From IMG/VR virus record IMGVR_UViG_3300034116_001288, positions 1 to 61,242 of that record: 61,242 nt of DNA, one strand, 5' to 3'. The DNA comes from a virus (lineage: Duplodnaviria > Caudoviricetes). The notes beneath the pieces were generated by a model that worked only from the letters and a program-made list of their open reading frames with translations, searched no databases and was not told the origin of the DNA. The translations under genes were made by a program, and so were the position numbers. Below, piece after piece: positions 8,153 through 17,497 of this stretch (its first letter is position 1; every line of letters begins with the position of its first letter).

Positions 8153-9532
8153 ATGGAGAACTCGACCTTTTTAAACTCAATCTGGGCAATCACCCCAGAG
8201 GAGTTCCAACGCTTTGCCTCCTACGACTTTTCAAAGCTCCCCGATCCGCTCGTGATTGAGCGCTCCGCTCGCGCCGAAGATCGGGCTGACGACGACGAAC
8301 CGAAGAACTATCGCGAGCGCATGGAGATGTTCATGCGCCAGTTCCACGAGAGCATCGACGTGGATGAAGATGGCGTCGGCACCCTCCGCATCGAGGGACC
8401 GATCATGCCCAACCCCGATATCTTCGACCGCTACTATTTCAATGCGTGCGATTCAGTCAGGGTGGCGAGCCTCATCAGGGGCGCGGCATCCAATCCTGCG
8501 ATCACGAGCCTCGTCCTCCGCATCAACTCCCCCGGCGGCATGGTCGTCGGCACTCCCGAGGTGGGCAACGCCATCCGCGAGTTCAACGCCACCGGCAAGA
8601 CTTCGGTCGCGTTTGCGGACACCCTCATGGCATCTGCCGCCTATTGGATCGGAAGTCAGGCATCCACCATTGCCACCACTGAGTCCGCGCTTGTCGGATC
8701 CATCGGTGTAATCCGCCCTCACGTCGACGCGACCGGCGCTTACGAGAAGATGGGTCTCAGCGTGAGGATCTTTCGCGGCGGCAAGCACAAGGTCGCCGGA
8801 GCCATGGGCACCGCAATGACCAAGGAGCAGGACGATCACATCCAGGCGGGAGTTGATGAGTGCCACGCGCAGTTCAAAGCGACCGTGAATCATCACCGCT
8901 CCGTCTCTGCCGATTACATGGAAGGCCAAGTCTTCTACGGTGCGGACGCGAAGGAGAAGGGTCTTGTCGATCAGATCGTCAACGGAATCGATGGCGCTTA
9001 CTCGACGGCATCAGTTGACAACCAAGAAAGTGCAATGAGCAATCCTGCCCCAACCCCGCCCGTCGCCTCCCCCGAGAAGGCTGAACTCGATTCTGCCCTT
9101 CTTCGCGTGAGCGAATTGGAGGGTAACCTTGCCGCCTCGACCGAACAGGTCGCGTCTCTCACTGCCGAACTCGCCACGGCGGAAGGTGCATGTGAGAGCA
9201 ACGCGCAGACCTTTGAATCAATGGTCGCCGATCTGAATGCTGCGCAAGCCGATCTCGCCACTGCGAACTCGCAGATCGCCGAACTTGAAGCGTCCCTCGA
9301 AGCCGCGCAAGCCGCGCAAGCCGAGTTCGACACTCAGGTCGAAGCGAAGGCCGCAGAGATCGCCGCTCGTGCGGGCACCGATCCTGCCGCCATCACCGGT
9401 TCGGCTGACGGCTCCGCCGATCAGTCGCAGTTCGCATCGATGACCGACGCGCAGAAGTGGGCGCATTGCTCCACCATCACCAACGCCGACGAGAAGCGCG
9501 CTTTCTACCTCAAGCACCTCTCCGGCGGCTGA
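8153..9532 (+). CDS. S49-family prohead protease with C-terminal coiled-coil scaffold
   Basis: INSPGG, MASAAYWIGS, GSIGV, G.HK, then an Ala/Glu heptad region. Confidence 0.92.
   Translation: MENSTFLNSIWAITPEEFQRFASYDFSKLPDPLVIERSARAEDRADDDEPKNYRERMEMFMRQFHESIDVDEDGVGTLRIEGPIMPNPDIFDRYYFNACDSVRVASLIRGAASNPAITSLVLRINSPGGMVVGTPEVGNAIREFNATGKTSVAFADTLMASAAYWIGSQASTIATTESALVGSIGVIRPHVDATGAYEKMGLSVRIFRGGKHKVAGAMGTAMTKEQDDHIQAGVDECHAQFKATVNHHRSVSADYMEGQVFYGADAKEKGLVDQIVNGIDGAYSTASVDNQESAMSNPAPTPPVASPEKAELDSALLRVSELEGNLAASTEQVASLTAELATAEGACESNAQTFESMVADLNAAQADLATANSQIAELEASLEAAQAAQAEFDTQVEAKAAEIAARAGTDPAAITGSADGSADQSQFASMTDAQKWAHCSTITNADEKRAFYLKHLSGG
9035..9532 (+). CDS. Nested in-frame scaffolding protein (Nu3-like)
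   Basis: In-frame ATG at the protease/coiled-coil boundary with TTGAC 20 nt upstream. Analogy to lambda C/Nu3. Confidence 0.6.
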   Translation: MSNPAPTPPVASPEKAELDSALLRVSELEGNLAASTEQVASLTAELATAEGACESNAQTFESMVADLNAAQADLATANSQIAELEASLEAAQAAQAEFDTQVEAKAAEIAARAGTDPAAITGSADGSADQSQFASMTDAQKWAHCSTITNADEKRAFYLKHLSGG

Positions 9533-9603
9533 ATTTCACCCCCGCATACGCAGCACCTGCGCATGTGGACTAACGAAAACCCAACCCACAAACCAAGTAA
9601 CCC

Positions 9604-10497
9604 ATGGCTACCAACACACTTGCGGGGGTGAACCTGACGAAAATCTCTCAGGTCTCTCTCGATGTCCTCAAGACCGAAGGCATTCCGCTTTCGGCATTCA
9701 CCACCGACTTCAGTTCCGACGCAATGCCGAAGGGCGAGACCGTAACGACTCGTTTCGCGACCATGCCCTCGACGCAGGACTTCGATAGCTCGAAGGCGAC
9801 CGGCAACTCGGCGACCACGGCACGCTCCGTGACTTTGAACAACTACCGAGGCGTCAGCATCGGGTTCAAGGACACTGAACTCACCTTCTCGCCCGTTCAA
9901 CTCGCCGACCTGTTCGTTCGCCCTGCGATCTCCGCGCTCGTCGATTACGTCATCAACTCGGTCCTCACCCGCGTCACGGATGCGAACGGTTTCACCCGTG
10001 TCGCCACCGTCTCTGCTGGTGCGTTCGATGCCGATGCCGTCGCCGATCTCGCCGAAGGTCTCAGCACTGCAAAGGTGCCGAAGTCGCCCCGCTCCCTCAT
10101 CATCAAGCCCACCTATCTGGCGAGCTTGGCGAAGGACAATGCGATCACCGCCGCATCCGACGGACCCTCCGGCCTGGGTGTGATCCGCGATCATCAACTT
10201 CCGCGCCTTCACGGGTTCAACGTGCTTGAGTATGCAGGGACCATCCCTGCCAACTCCGAGAACCTTGTCGGTCTCGCTTGCGGCAAGCAAAGCCTGATCA
10301 TCGCCGCTCGCGGTGTGGTCGAGCCGCCCGCCGGAACGTGGTTCGGCAACGTCGAAAACATCGTCGATCCCGGCTCGGGCCTTCCGATCCAGATCCGCGA
10401 ATACTACGACGGCACCGAACTCCGCTACGAGTTCAGCGTCCTCTTCGGGCACGCCGTCGGCATCGCCGCCTACGCTACCCGTATCGCCTCCGCGTAA
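9604..10497 (+). CDS. Major capsid protein
   Basis: 297 aa directly after protease/scaffold, KGETVT and LHGFNV segments, strong codon bias, downstream terminator. Confidence 0.85.
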   Translation: MATNTLAGVNLTKISQVSLDVLKTEGIPLSAFTTDFSSDAMPKGETVTTRFATMPSTQDFDSSKATGNSATTARSVTLNNYRGVSIGFKDTELTFSPVQLADLFVRPAISALVDYVINSVLTRVTDANGFTRVATVSAGAFDADAVADLAEGLSTAKVPKSPRSLIIKPTYLASLAKDNAITAASDGPSGLGVIRDHQLPRLHGFNVLEYAGTIPANSENLVGLACGKQSLIIAARGVVEPPAGTWFGNVENIVDPGSGLPIQIREYYDGTELRYEFSVLFGHAVGIAAYATRIASA

Positions 10498-10516
10498 TCG
10501 GAGTCACAGAATCACC

Positions 10517-10554
10517 AGAGGGGTGGGTGGTAATCCGCCCACCCCTCTTTTCTT
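10517..10554 (+). terminator. Intrinsic terminator
   Basis: AGAGGGGTGGGTGG-TAAT-CCGCCCACCCCTCT followed by TTTCTT. Confidence 0.8.
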
Positions 10555-10575
10555 ACCCCAACCCCACTTTTCATC

Positions 10576-10830
10576 ATGGCATTCACTCATATCGACGAAG
10601 ACGCAGAAGGACTTAGGCTCGGACGTTCCGCAACCGCAAAGCTTGGATTTCACGGGACCACTCCCGTGGTTCAGCGGTCCACCACTGGCACCACTACCGG
10701 TTTCACCGCCGCGACCGGCACTGCGGTTGTTTCCGGTTCCACCTTCACGGGTGGCTCCGGCACGAAGGCATACACCATCGGTGATGTCGTCCTTGCGCTC
10801 AAGCAACTCGGAATCCTCGCATCCTCCTAA
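10576..10830 (+). CDS. Small virion protein (capsid decoration or head-fibre-like)
   Basis: Thr/Gly-rich, LG..ATAKLGFHG.TPV and LKQLGIL, located after the capsid gene. Confidence 0.55.
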   Translation: MAFTHIDEDAEGLRLGRSATAKLGFHGTTPVVQRSTTGTTTGFTAATGTAVVSGSTFTGGSGTKAYTIGDVVLALKQLGILASS

Positions 10831-10872
10831 CCCGAATCGGATACCCTAACGAATATCAAGGGAACCACGACC

Positions 10873-11367
10873 ATGGAAAAAACCAGCATCGCACTCGCCT
10901 GGAAAAACGGCGAAATGAAGATCCTCGCAACAGGTGACGCGGACAGTGTCCTCGCCGCCTATCGTGAGGCAGAACTCGACCAGACCAACGAATTCGTAGG
11001 CATGCTCCGCAAGCCCGTGTGGTATAAGCGGAATACCCCCGCCCGAAACAAGGCTCGCCACGAGGAAAGCCTCAAGGTGATCGAGAAAGACGAGGTGGAC
11101 GCATCCCGTTCGGAATCGCAGGAGACTGCGGCGAAGGCGAAGGCTGACGCTGATCTTGCCTACGAGGCCAAGGTAGAGGCGGATCGGCTCGAAGCCGAGC
11201 GCATCGAAGAGCAAATGAAGCTCAATCAAGGTCTCGCCGAGATGGAGCAGAAAGAGCGAGACCAACAAGCCGCCGCCGATGACGAGAGGATGTTCGCCGC
11301 ACAGGAGTCCATCGTCGAAGTCTCGCCCTCCACGGAAATGGAGCGTGCGGCGAAGAAGAAGAAGTGA
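10873..11367 (+). CDS. Hypothetical charged coiled-coil protein
   Basis: ORF in the head operon. Confidence 0.7.
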   Translation: MEKTSIALAWKNGEMKILATGDADSVLAAYREAELDQTNEFVGMLRKPVWYKRNTPARNKARHEESLKVIEKDEVDASRSESQETAAKAKADADLAYEAKVEADRLEAERIEEQMKLNQGLAEMEQKERDQQAAADDERMFAAQESIVEVSPSTEMERAAKKKK

Positions 11368-11392
11368 TCCTGCACAAGCGGATTCACTACAG

Positions 11393-11425
11393 AAGGCCCG
11401 AGCGGAGAAATCCCTCGGGCCTTTT
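11393..11425 (+). terminator. Intrinsic terminator
   Basis: AAGGCCCGAG...CTCGGGCCTT followed by TT. Confidence 0.7.
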
Positions 11426-11445
11426 CATTGACATTTACGATGGGC

Positions 11446-12141
11446 ATGACCGCAAAAGAGATTCAGGCACGACTGAAAGTTCACGGGTTTGAACCGGGAC
11501 CAATTGATGGCGACATCGGACCCAAGACCAAGTCCGCCCTCATCGCCTTCAAGGTCTCGAAAGGACTCTCACCTCGCGACTACGTCGGACCGATTACCGA
11601 GGCAGAACTCCTCAAGGCACCCTCCTCAAACCTCGCCCCGCCAGCGATTGTCGACGAGCCTGTTTGGCTACGCCGCGCTCGTCAGGAGATCGGCGTAAGC
11701 GAGATTCACGGTTCCAAGCACTCCGCGAAAGTCCTCGGCTATGCGGAGCGAGCGAAACTTTTCTGGAATGACGACGAGACCCCTTGGTGCTCTTCGTTCG
11801 TCTCAGCGTGTCTCGAAGACGTGGGTATCAAGTCCACCCGTTCAGGGATGGCCCGATCTTACGAAACGTGGGGGCAACCCTGCAGGGCGATGCCCGGTGC
11901 GGTTGTCGTATTCTGGCGCGGATCGAAGTCCGGTGGCTACGGTCATGTGGGGTTCGTCACCGGGCGCGATCAATATGGAAACGTCATGGTCCTCGGCGGC
12001 AATCAATCCGATGCCGTGAACATCAAACCATTCTCCACGGATCGCGTCGTCGGCTACCGATGGCCCGCAGGATTCTCCCCTTCTGGCGAACCGCTCAAGA
12101 CCCTGACCTCGGACGGTCAGGTCTCCACCAACGAAGCGTGA
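11446..12141 (+). CDS. Endolysin: PG-binding domain plus TIGR02594/CHAP-like peptidase
   Basis: DGDIGPKT PG-binding motif, DDETPWC, GHVGFV, VLGGNQ. Confidence 0.9.
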   Translation: MTAKEIQARLKVHGFEPGPIDGDIGPKTKSALIAFKVSKGLSPRDYVGPITEAELLKAPSSNLAPPAIVDEPVWLRRARQEIGVSEIHGSKHSAKVLGYAERAKLFWNDDETPWCSSFVSACLEDVGIKSTRSGMARSYETWGQPCRAMPGAVVVFWRGSKSGGYGHVGFVTGRDQYGNVMVLGGNQSDAVNIKPFSTDRVVGYRWPAGFSPSGEPLKTLTSDGQVSTNEA

Positions 12142-12458
12142 TGGCAAATCTCATTCAAGAAATGCTCTCGGAGGACTCCATTGAGATCCTCGGCGACATC
12201 GGTCAGGTCTGCTATTGGAAGGGCACTCAATATCCCTGCATCATCGGTGAACCCGACATGCAGGTCGACCTCCAGGAGGGGGGACTTCTTCCCGAGGGCG
12301 CATTCAACATCAAGATTCGCCGAGCCGCCTTTTCATCGGGTGCGGGACCGTTTCCGCAGGAGAACGACCGAGTCACCTACGGGGGTATCGTCTACAAGAT
12401 CCTCTCTCCGACGAACAAGGTGGATTCCGCCTACATCAAAATCGTCCTCGCACCATGA
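12141..12458 (+). CDS. Head closure / head-tail joining protein
   Basis: ~105 aa beta-rich protein, P..NDRVTYGG..YKI, synteny. Confidence 0.65.
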   Translation: MANLIQEMLSEDSIEILGDIGQVCYWKGTQYPCIIGEPDMQVDLQEGGLLPEGAFNIKIRRAAFSSGAGPFPQENDRVTYGGIVYKILSPTNKVDSAYIKIVLAP

Positions 12459-12892
12459 ACTCACTCTCCGAAGAAGCATTCAAGACGTGGCTGGAGGACG
12501 AGGGCATTGTCGTGCCGGTCCACACCGGACTTACCGCAGACCGCATTCCCAACGCAGGGCAGCATATCTCCTGCTTCCTTCAGTCCAGCGACCACGTCGT
12601 GGGTGCCCTCTACAAGAACGAGATGGCGATCTCCATCGCGACATCTCCACATGCGCACGAGGACGAGGAGGAGGACTTCACCTTTGCCCTTGCTGATCAC
12701 CGCGCCGTAGCGACCTCCGTGCGGAGCCTGATCGAGGGTTACGACACAACAGATCTCGATGCCACCTTCGCCGATGTGACCGGCGATGCCTTCAGCGGAC
12801 TTTTCATCCGCGACGAGGTCGCTGGCATCGACAACGGGCGATGGGTCACCACCATTAATTTCATGTTCGGCTCTCGCAGGGGGGAGGGTTGA
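12455..12892 (+). CDS. Tail terminator-like protein
   Basis: Size and position just before the tail tube genes. Confidence 0.55.
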   Translation: MNSLSEEAFKTWLEDEGIVVPVHTGLTADRIPNAGQHISCFLQSSDHVVGALYKNEMAISIATSPHAHEDEEEDFTFALADHRAVATSVRSLIEGYDTTDLDATFADVTGDAFSGLFIRDEVAGIDNGRWVTTINFMFGSRRGEG

Positions 12893-12910
12893 CAATTCAG
12901 ATTCGACACT

Positions 12911-13231
12911 ATGGCAGCACACGTTGGAGTCGACACCACCTACAACCTCACCACCCCGACCGTGGGCTACACGAGCGAGGCCGAATCGGACCAATCGGTC
13001 GATACCGCCGTGGTTCGGGACGAGACCGGCACCGTGGTTATTGCGGTCCCGAAAAAGCTCGTCACCAACACCCAGACCATCAAGGGCAAGGGTGACTGCC
13101 AACTCTCTGCCGTGACTGCCGGGGCATTCACCTCCGGCACGCTCAAGATTACCTCCGCCAAGCAGACCGAGAGCGCTGATGACTTTCCCGACTTCGAAAT
13201 CACCGGCAAGAAGTTCTCTTCCCTCGACTAA
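12911..13231 (+). CDS. Putative tail tube protein 1
   Basis: Thr-rich beta protein, VVRDETG...ITSAKQTES.DDF..FEITG, synteny. Confidence 0.55.
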   Translation: MAAHVGVDTTYNLTTPTVGYTSEAESDQSVDTAVVRDETGTVVIAVPKKLVTNTQTIKGKGDCQLSAVTAGAFTSGTLKITSAKQTESADDFPDFEITGKKFSSLD

Positions 13232-13259
13232 CCTCGACTAACCCTTTCCACCCAATACC

Positions 13260-13607
13260 ATGGCAGTTGATCTTACAGATGTTGGCATTCAGTCCGTGAC
13301 CGGCGTCACCCTCCTTCAATCCGTTGAATACGAAAAGAAGGTCGACGAGGCAATGGTCACGAATTGTACTTCGGGATTCGGTGCTGCCGCGACGTTCAAT
13401 CCCACCTTCGAGTTCTCGATGAAGGGCGCGGGTGATTTGCCCGTAGCCTTGGTTATCGGATCGGACGGTGGATCGTCTGGCGACATTACTGACGTTAATG
13501 ATGGCGCTGGAACCAGGATCATCACCAACGTCAAGGAGATGGAGAAAAACGAAGACTTCAATAGTTGGGAAATCTCCGGCACCTATTGGCCATCCGCGAC
13601 TGTCTGA
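13260..13607 (+). CDS. Putative tail tube protein 2 (paralog)
   Basis: KG.G and ITNVKE.E.NEDF..WEISG align by eye with the previous gene. Confidence 0.55.
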   Translation: MAVDLTDVGIQSVTGVTLLQSVEYEKKVDEAMVTNCTSGFGAAATFNPTFEFSMKGAGDLPVALVIGSDGGSSGDITDVNDGAGTRIITNVKEMEKNEDFNSWEISGTYWPSATV

Positions 13608-13674
13608 TCTGGTCAGCAGGTTGAATCACTCACCACATAGCGGCTGAAATGCCGCGACCAGAACCCAAAATCAC

Positions 13675-14187
13675 ATGAGCAATAAAAGCCCCCTCCTCGG
13701 CGTCGGCACGAAAATCGAGATCATCCGCGACTCGATGTCGCCTTATCAGTCTCCCAACACCAGACTCGTCTCAGCCGCGCGCGCTTGCGGATTCGAATGG
13801 GGAATCAAGGATCCGTTCATGGATGCCATCGAGGAAAAGCCTGACGGCACCATCGAGCGCACCGTGACGTGGGTGATGAATGCCGCACAGAAGCGCGAGT
13901 TCGTCTGGGCGCATCGCGAAGCGGACGGCACCCTCACCGCAAAGAGCGAGGAAATTGACTTCAACGAATTCCGCTCCCGTTTCCTCAACTTGGACTGGAT
14001 CGAGGCGAACCCCGACCACCCGATCTCCTACCTCCGCGCCACTCACCGGCACCATGGGCGGATGCTCGCGACCATCAAGACGCTTCCGCAGCACGTCGTA
14101 GTCCGCAATGGTGGGCGAACTGCCTCCATTCCGACCAACGCCACGCCCGAGGACCGTGCGCGCGCCCTCCGAGCGCTTGGGAAGTGA
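13675..14187 (+). CDS. Hypothetical tail-operon protein
   Basis: Same position as 52129-52809, with similar terminal motifs. Confidence 0.7.
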   Translation: MSNKSPLLGVGTKIEIIRDSMSPYQSPNTRLVSAARACGFEWGIKDPFMDAIEEKPDGTIERTVTWVMNAAQKREFVWAHREADGTLTAKSEEIDFNEFRSRFLNLDWIEANPDHPISYLRATHRHHGRMLATIKTLPQHVVVRNGGRTASIPTNATPEDRARALRALGK

Positions 14188-14218
14188 CCTCAATTTCAAA
14201 CTCAACTCAAATCACACC

Positions 14219-14677
14219 ATGGCAAACGATCAACTTGATTCACTCATCGAAGGTCCGCGCGAGATCCTCCTCAATAGCGGAGTCGCGATCACCATCCGCC
14301 CATTCACCTTCGGGAGTTTCGGGCTTTGCAAAAAGTTCGGCCTTACAATGTTCGGCGGCGGGTCAGGGGACGAGTTTGATGAGGATGGCAACATCGTCGA
14401 CAAGCCTGAGTCCGACGAACTCAGCGACGACGTGATGTGGCAACTTCAGGTCTTTTTCTGGATGCAGTCGCAACCCATTGCTGACGTGCTCGCCGCAGTG
14501 CGGAAGGACACATGGCGCGAGCGCGTTGAGGAGTTCGGCTTCGACCTCCCCATCCACACGATGAAGGATCTCATGGGTGAGATAAACCGCATCTCCGCCA
14601 TGGCGCAGGATGCGGCAGTTGATGTCGCTCCGAAGTCCGATTCGGGCGAGTCCGACAAGGGCGCGCCGGGAAACTAG
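14219..14677 (+). CDS. Tail assembly chaperone (gpG-like)
   Basis: Ends in the slippery G GGA AAC TAG, upstream of the TMP gene. Confidence 0.7.
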   Translation: MANDQLDSLIEGPREILLNSGVAITIRPFTFGSFGLCKKFGLTMFGGGSGDEFDEDGNIVDKPESDELSDDVMWQLQVFFWMQSQPIADVLAAVRKDTWRERVEEFGFDLPIHTMKDLMGEINRISAMAQDAAVDVAPKSDSGESDKGAPGN

Positions 14678-14940
14678 TCGAGCCGGTGTGGTGGGCGGCA
14701 TTCGTCTACACATTGGCAAAGGGACGCGTAACCCCTGACGTGGAGCATTGGGTCTTGTGGGAGTTGCCCTTCGGTCGCGCTCTCGCCTACCAGCATTGTT
14801 GCCTTCGAGCCAACGGGCAATGGACCGTGCCTCTCGGTAAACCGCTCAAGGAAAGGCTCGCCGAAGCCACGATTGTCGCCGAGCGCATCGCGAAGACGGA
14901 CAATGAGGAGGATGGGGGTGGATTTGATGGGTTGCTCTGA
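14668..14940 (+). CDS. -1 frameshift extension of the chaperone (gpGT-like)
   Basis: GGGAAAC at 14668-14674. The -1 frame reads GKLVEPVWWAAF...WVLWELP to the stop at 14940. Confidence 0.7.
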   Translation, partial: GKLVEPVWWAAFVYTLAKGRVTPDVEHWVLWELPFGRALAYQHCCLRANGQWTVPLGKPLKERLAEATIVAERIAKTDNEEDGGGFDGLL

Positions 14941-14961
14941 CCTTGACTCCCCGCCCTTGAC

Positions 14962-15654
14962 GTGTCCACGACCGTCAGGCTGAACAACTCCGCCCGCTTC
15001 AATCGCTCCCTCATCTCCATTCTGGAGCACTCCCGCAAACCGGCGGAGGAGGTGATGCGCAAACAGGCGCGTCTCGTCGTCGAAAAAATGTTCGATGTCA
15101 CTCCTCCGGCGGGGCGCTCAAAGCGCGGCGTGGCGGCGAAGAAGGTCGGCGAGAAGACGGTCGCCGGTAACATTCAGAAGGTGCTCTCCGGCGTGCCGGT
15201 ATCGAAGAACCGCTCGATCTCCACGATCAGCGAGCACCAGATTGCAGTCATCCACACCCGCGCGCGAGTCGCCGGTCGAGTGAAAGGGAAGAAGCGGGCG
15301 AGAGGGGTGCGCGTTCTTGTGCCGAAGCAAAAGCTCAACGTCTACATAAAAAAGCGCCAGAAGGCAGTCGGGATGCTTGCCGCTGGCTGGAACAAGGCGG
15401 CGAGTCTCCTCCAGGCTCGCAACCGCTATTGGCCTTCCTACGTCCGTCGGCACTCGCCTCCATCCGACGCCTCGGTCAAAGTGACGAAGGACCGCATCCG
15501 CATCTACTTTCACAACAGGGTGCGGTTCGCCGGAGGGGTGGGTGTCATGCCGCGCCGCCTCAAGTGGGCACTTGGCAAACAGGCATCGAACAACGAGAAA
15601 ATCATCGCCGCCTTCAAGGGCGGAGCCAAGCGCGCCGGGTTCAGGGTGGTTTGA
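14962..15654 (+). CDS. Basic neck / tail completion protein
   Basis: Arg/Lys-rich, TPP and G.LAAGW motifs, located before the TMP gene. Confidence 0.6.
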   Translation: MSTTVRLNNSARFNRSLISILEHSRKPAEEVMRKQARLVVEKMFDVTPPAGRSKRGVAAKKVGEKTVAGNIQKVLSGVPVSKNRSISTISEHQIAVIHTRARVAGRVKGKKRARGVRVLVPKQKLNVYIKKRQKAVGMLAAGWNKAASLLQARNRYWPSYVRRHSPPSDASVKVTKDRIRIYFHNRVRFAGGVGVMPRRLKWALGKQASNNEKIIAAFKGGAKRAGFRVV

Positions 15655-15669
15655 CAGGCAACTCAGGCA

Positions 15670-17496
15670 ATGGCGAACACACTCGCAGCCGAACTGATCC
15701 TCGACATTTCGAAGTTCCGCAGGGGTCTTCAAAATGCGCAAAACGCCGTGAACAAATCGTTCGGAGGCGGATCTGCGGGTGGCAAGGTTGGCAATGGCAT
15801 CGCCGCTGGCATTGCCGGGTCTGCTGCGGCGATCACCGCGGCACTGGTTGCGGTTCTCGCCGCCGCGGCGGGTATCGCCGCATACAGGGCGGCTAAGATC
15901 ATCGCCCAAGGCATTGCCATGGCGGGCGAGCACGAGAAACTCCAGATGCGCTTCGAGATCCTGACGGGATCCCGAGGTGCTGGCAACCGGGCGCTCAACG
16001 AACTCCGTGAGGACGCGCTCAAGACCGGCGTCACGCTGGAAGACATGGCGGACAACGTCGGGAAGTTCATGGCCTTTGGCTTTGATCCCGACAAGGCGAT
16101 GAAGCTCAACAAGGGCATCCTCGACGTGGGTGGATCCGTGGGTCTATCGACTCGCGACATGAAACTCCTCGGCGTGGCGCTCTCGCAGGTCGCCGCGAAG
16201 GGCGTGGCATCCATGGAAGAACTTCGCCAGCAGATTGCGGAGAAGGGCATTCCAATCTTCAAGGCGCTTGAGCAGCAACTCGGCGTCACGGGTGCGGAAC
16301 TCTCCGTGATGATTCAAGAGGGCAAGGTCGGCGCGGATGTCGTTCTCGACATGTTTACGCAGGTGCCTGATGGTCAAGGTCCGTTCGCGCGATTCGCCGG
16401 AGGTGCGGAGAAGATGGGGCGGACCCTTCCTGGTATCGTTTCGCGAATGAAAACGGCGTGGACGGAATTCCTTCGGGTGCTCGGCAACCCTCTCGTCGAT
16501 GCGCTAAAGCCAGCGATGGAAGCTGCTCTAAAAGCCATGGAAGGACTCGTTCCGCTCGGCGCGAGGTTCGGTCAATTACTAGCCGACGCAGTCTCAGAGG
16601 TGACGGCAATCGGGATGGTCCTATCATCGCTAAGTTGGGAACAATTTGGCAACCTCTTCAAGTTGGCATTCATCATCGCGATCAAGGAGATCGCTAACCA
16701 CCTCATCGGGATGCTGGCGGGGATAGGCATGGCACTCGGTGCGTATTTGATCGCCGCAGGGCGGAGCTTCATCGCCATAATGGCAATCCTAGCCCACCCC
16801 GCATTCTGGGCGGGCTTGGCTAAGGAGTTTTGGAATATGGCGACCGTCTTCGGGGAGCAACTCCTCTCGGTCACCATGAAGGTCATCGGGTGGCTTCGCG
16901 AATCCGCCAAGGGCATCTGGGATGCCCTCACTGGCAGGGGGGGTGCGGGGATCGAGCCTCCAGACATGGGGAGTTTCGATGATTGGCTGAACGGGCAACC
17001 CACCAAGGAGGATCTTATTGATGCCGCCGTCGAGGGTCTCGCGGGGCAGATCGAAGCCGCCACCGAGGCATTCAAGACAGGATACGATAAAGGCAGCAAT
17101 ACCTTCGATTCAAGCAAGGAGCAGGACGAATTGCTCGGTCAGTTCAAGACGATGGCTGACAAACTCAAGGCTGAACAACGAGCGGCAACCGCTGAAAGAA
17201 ACCGCACCGATGGGGAAGCAACAGCATTCGGGGGGAGCGGCGGAACCGGCGGAAATGGGGGAACCGGCGGAGCTAGTCTCAACGGGGTCATGTCTCAAGC
17301 GATCAATGTCCTGTCCGGTCGCTCCGCCTTTGCGGTGATCGCAGAGTCGGCATCAAGGACTGAGCAGACGCAGAAGCAGATCAAGGAGGGGCAGGACAAG
17401 ACCAACAAGGTTCTCGACACCATCGAGAAAAACACACGACTCAAGCCCATGGGGGTCAACACTCGCGTAATGGCACCCATGACTCAATTCGTCTAA
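15670..17496 (+). CDS. Tape measure protein
   Basis: Ala/Gly helical protein with a tape-measure N-terminal signature (LSQVAAKG..SMEELRQQ.AE.GIP) and a hydrophobic middle. Confidence 0.9.
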   Translation: MANTLAAELILDISKFRRGLQNAQNAVNKSFGGGSAGGKVGNGIAAGIAGSAAAITAALVAVLAAAAGIAAYRAAKIIAQGIAMAGEHEKLQMRFEILTGSRGAGNRALNELREDALKTGVTLEDMADNVGKFMAFGFDPDKAMKLNKGILDVGGSVGLSTRDMKLLGVALSQVAAKGVASMEELRQQIAEKGIPIFKALEQQLGVTGAELSVMIQEGKVGADVVLDMFTQVPDGQGPFARFAGGAEKMGRTLPGIVSRMKTAWTEFLRVLGNPLVDALKPAMEAALKAMEGLVPLGARFGQLLADAVSEVTAIGMVLSSLSWEQFGNLFKLAFIIAIKEIANHLIGMLAGIGMALGAYLIAAGRSFIAIMAILAHPAFWAGLAKEFWNMATVFGEQLLSVTMKVIGWLRESAKGIWDALTGRGGAGIEPPDMGSFDDWLNGQPTKEDLIDAAVEGLAGQIEAATEAFKTGYDKGSNTFDSSKEQDELLGQFKTMADKLKAEQRAATAERNRTDGEATAFGGSGGTGGNGGTGGASLNGVMSQAINVLSGRSAFAVIAESASRTEQTQKQIKEGQDKTNKVLDTIEKNTRLKPMGVNTRVMAPMTQFV

Positions 17497-17497
17497 T

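Noticed and set aside
13222-13241. Tandem 10-bp duplication CCTCGACTAA at a stop codon as a target-site duplication
   Set aside because: No element between the copies. Simple slippage is sufficient.
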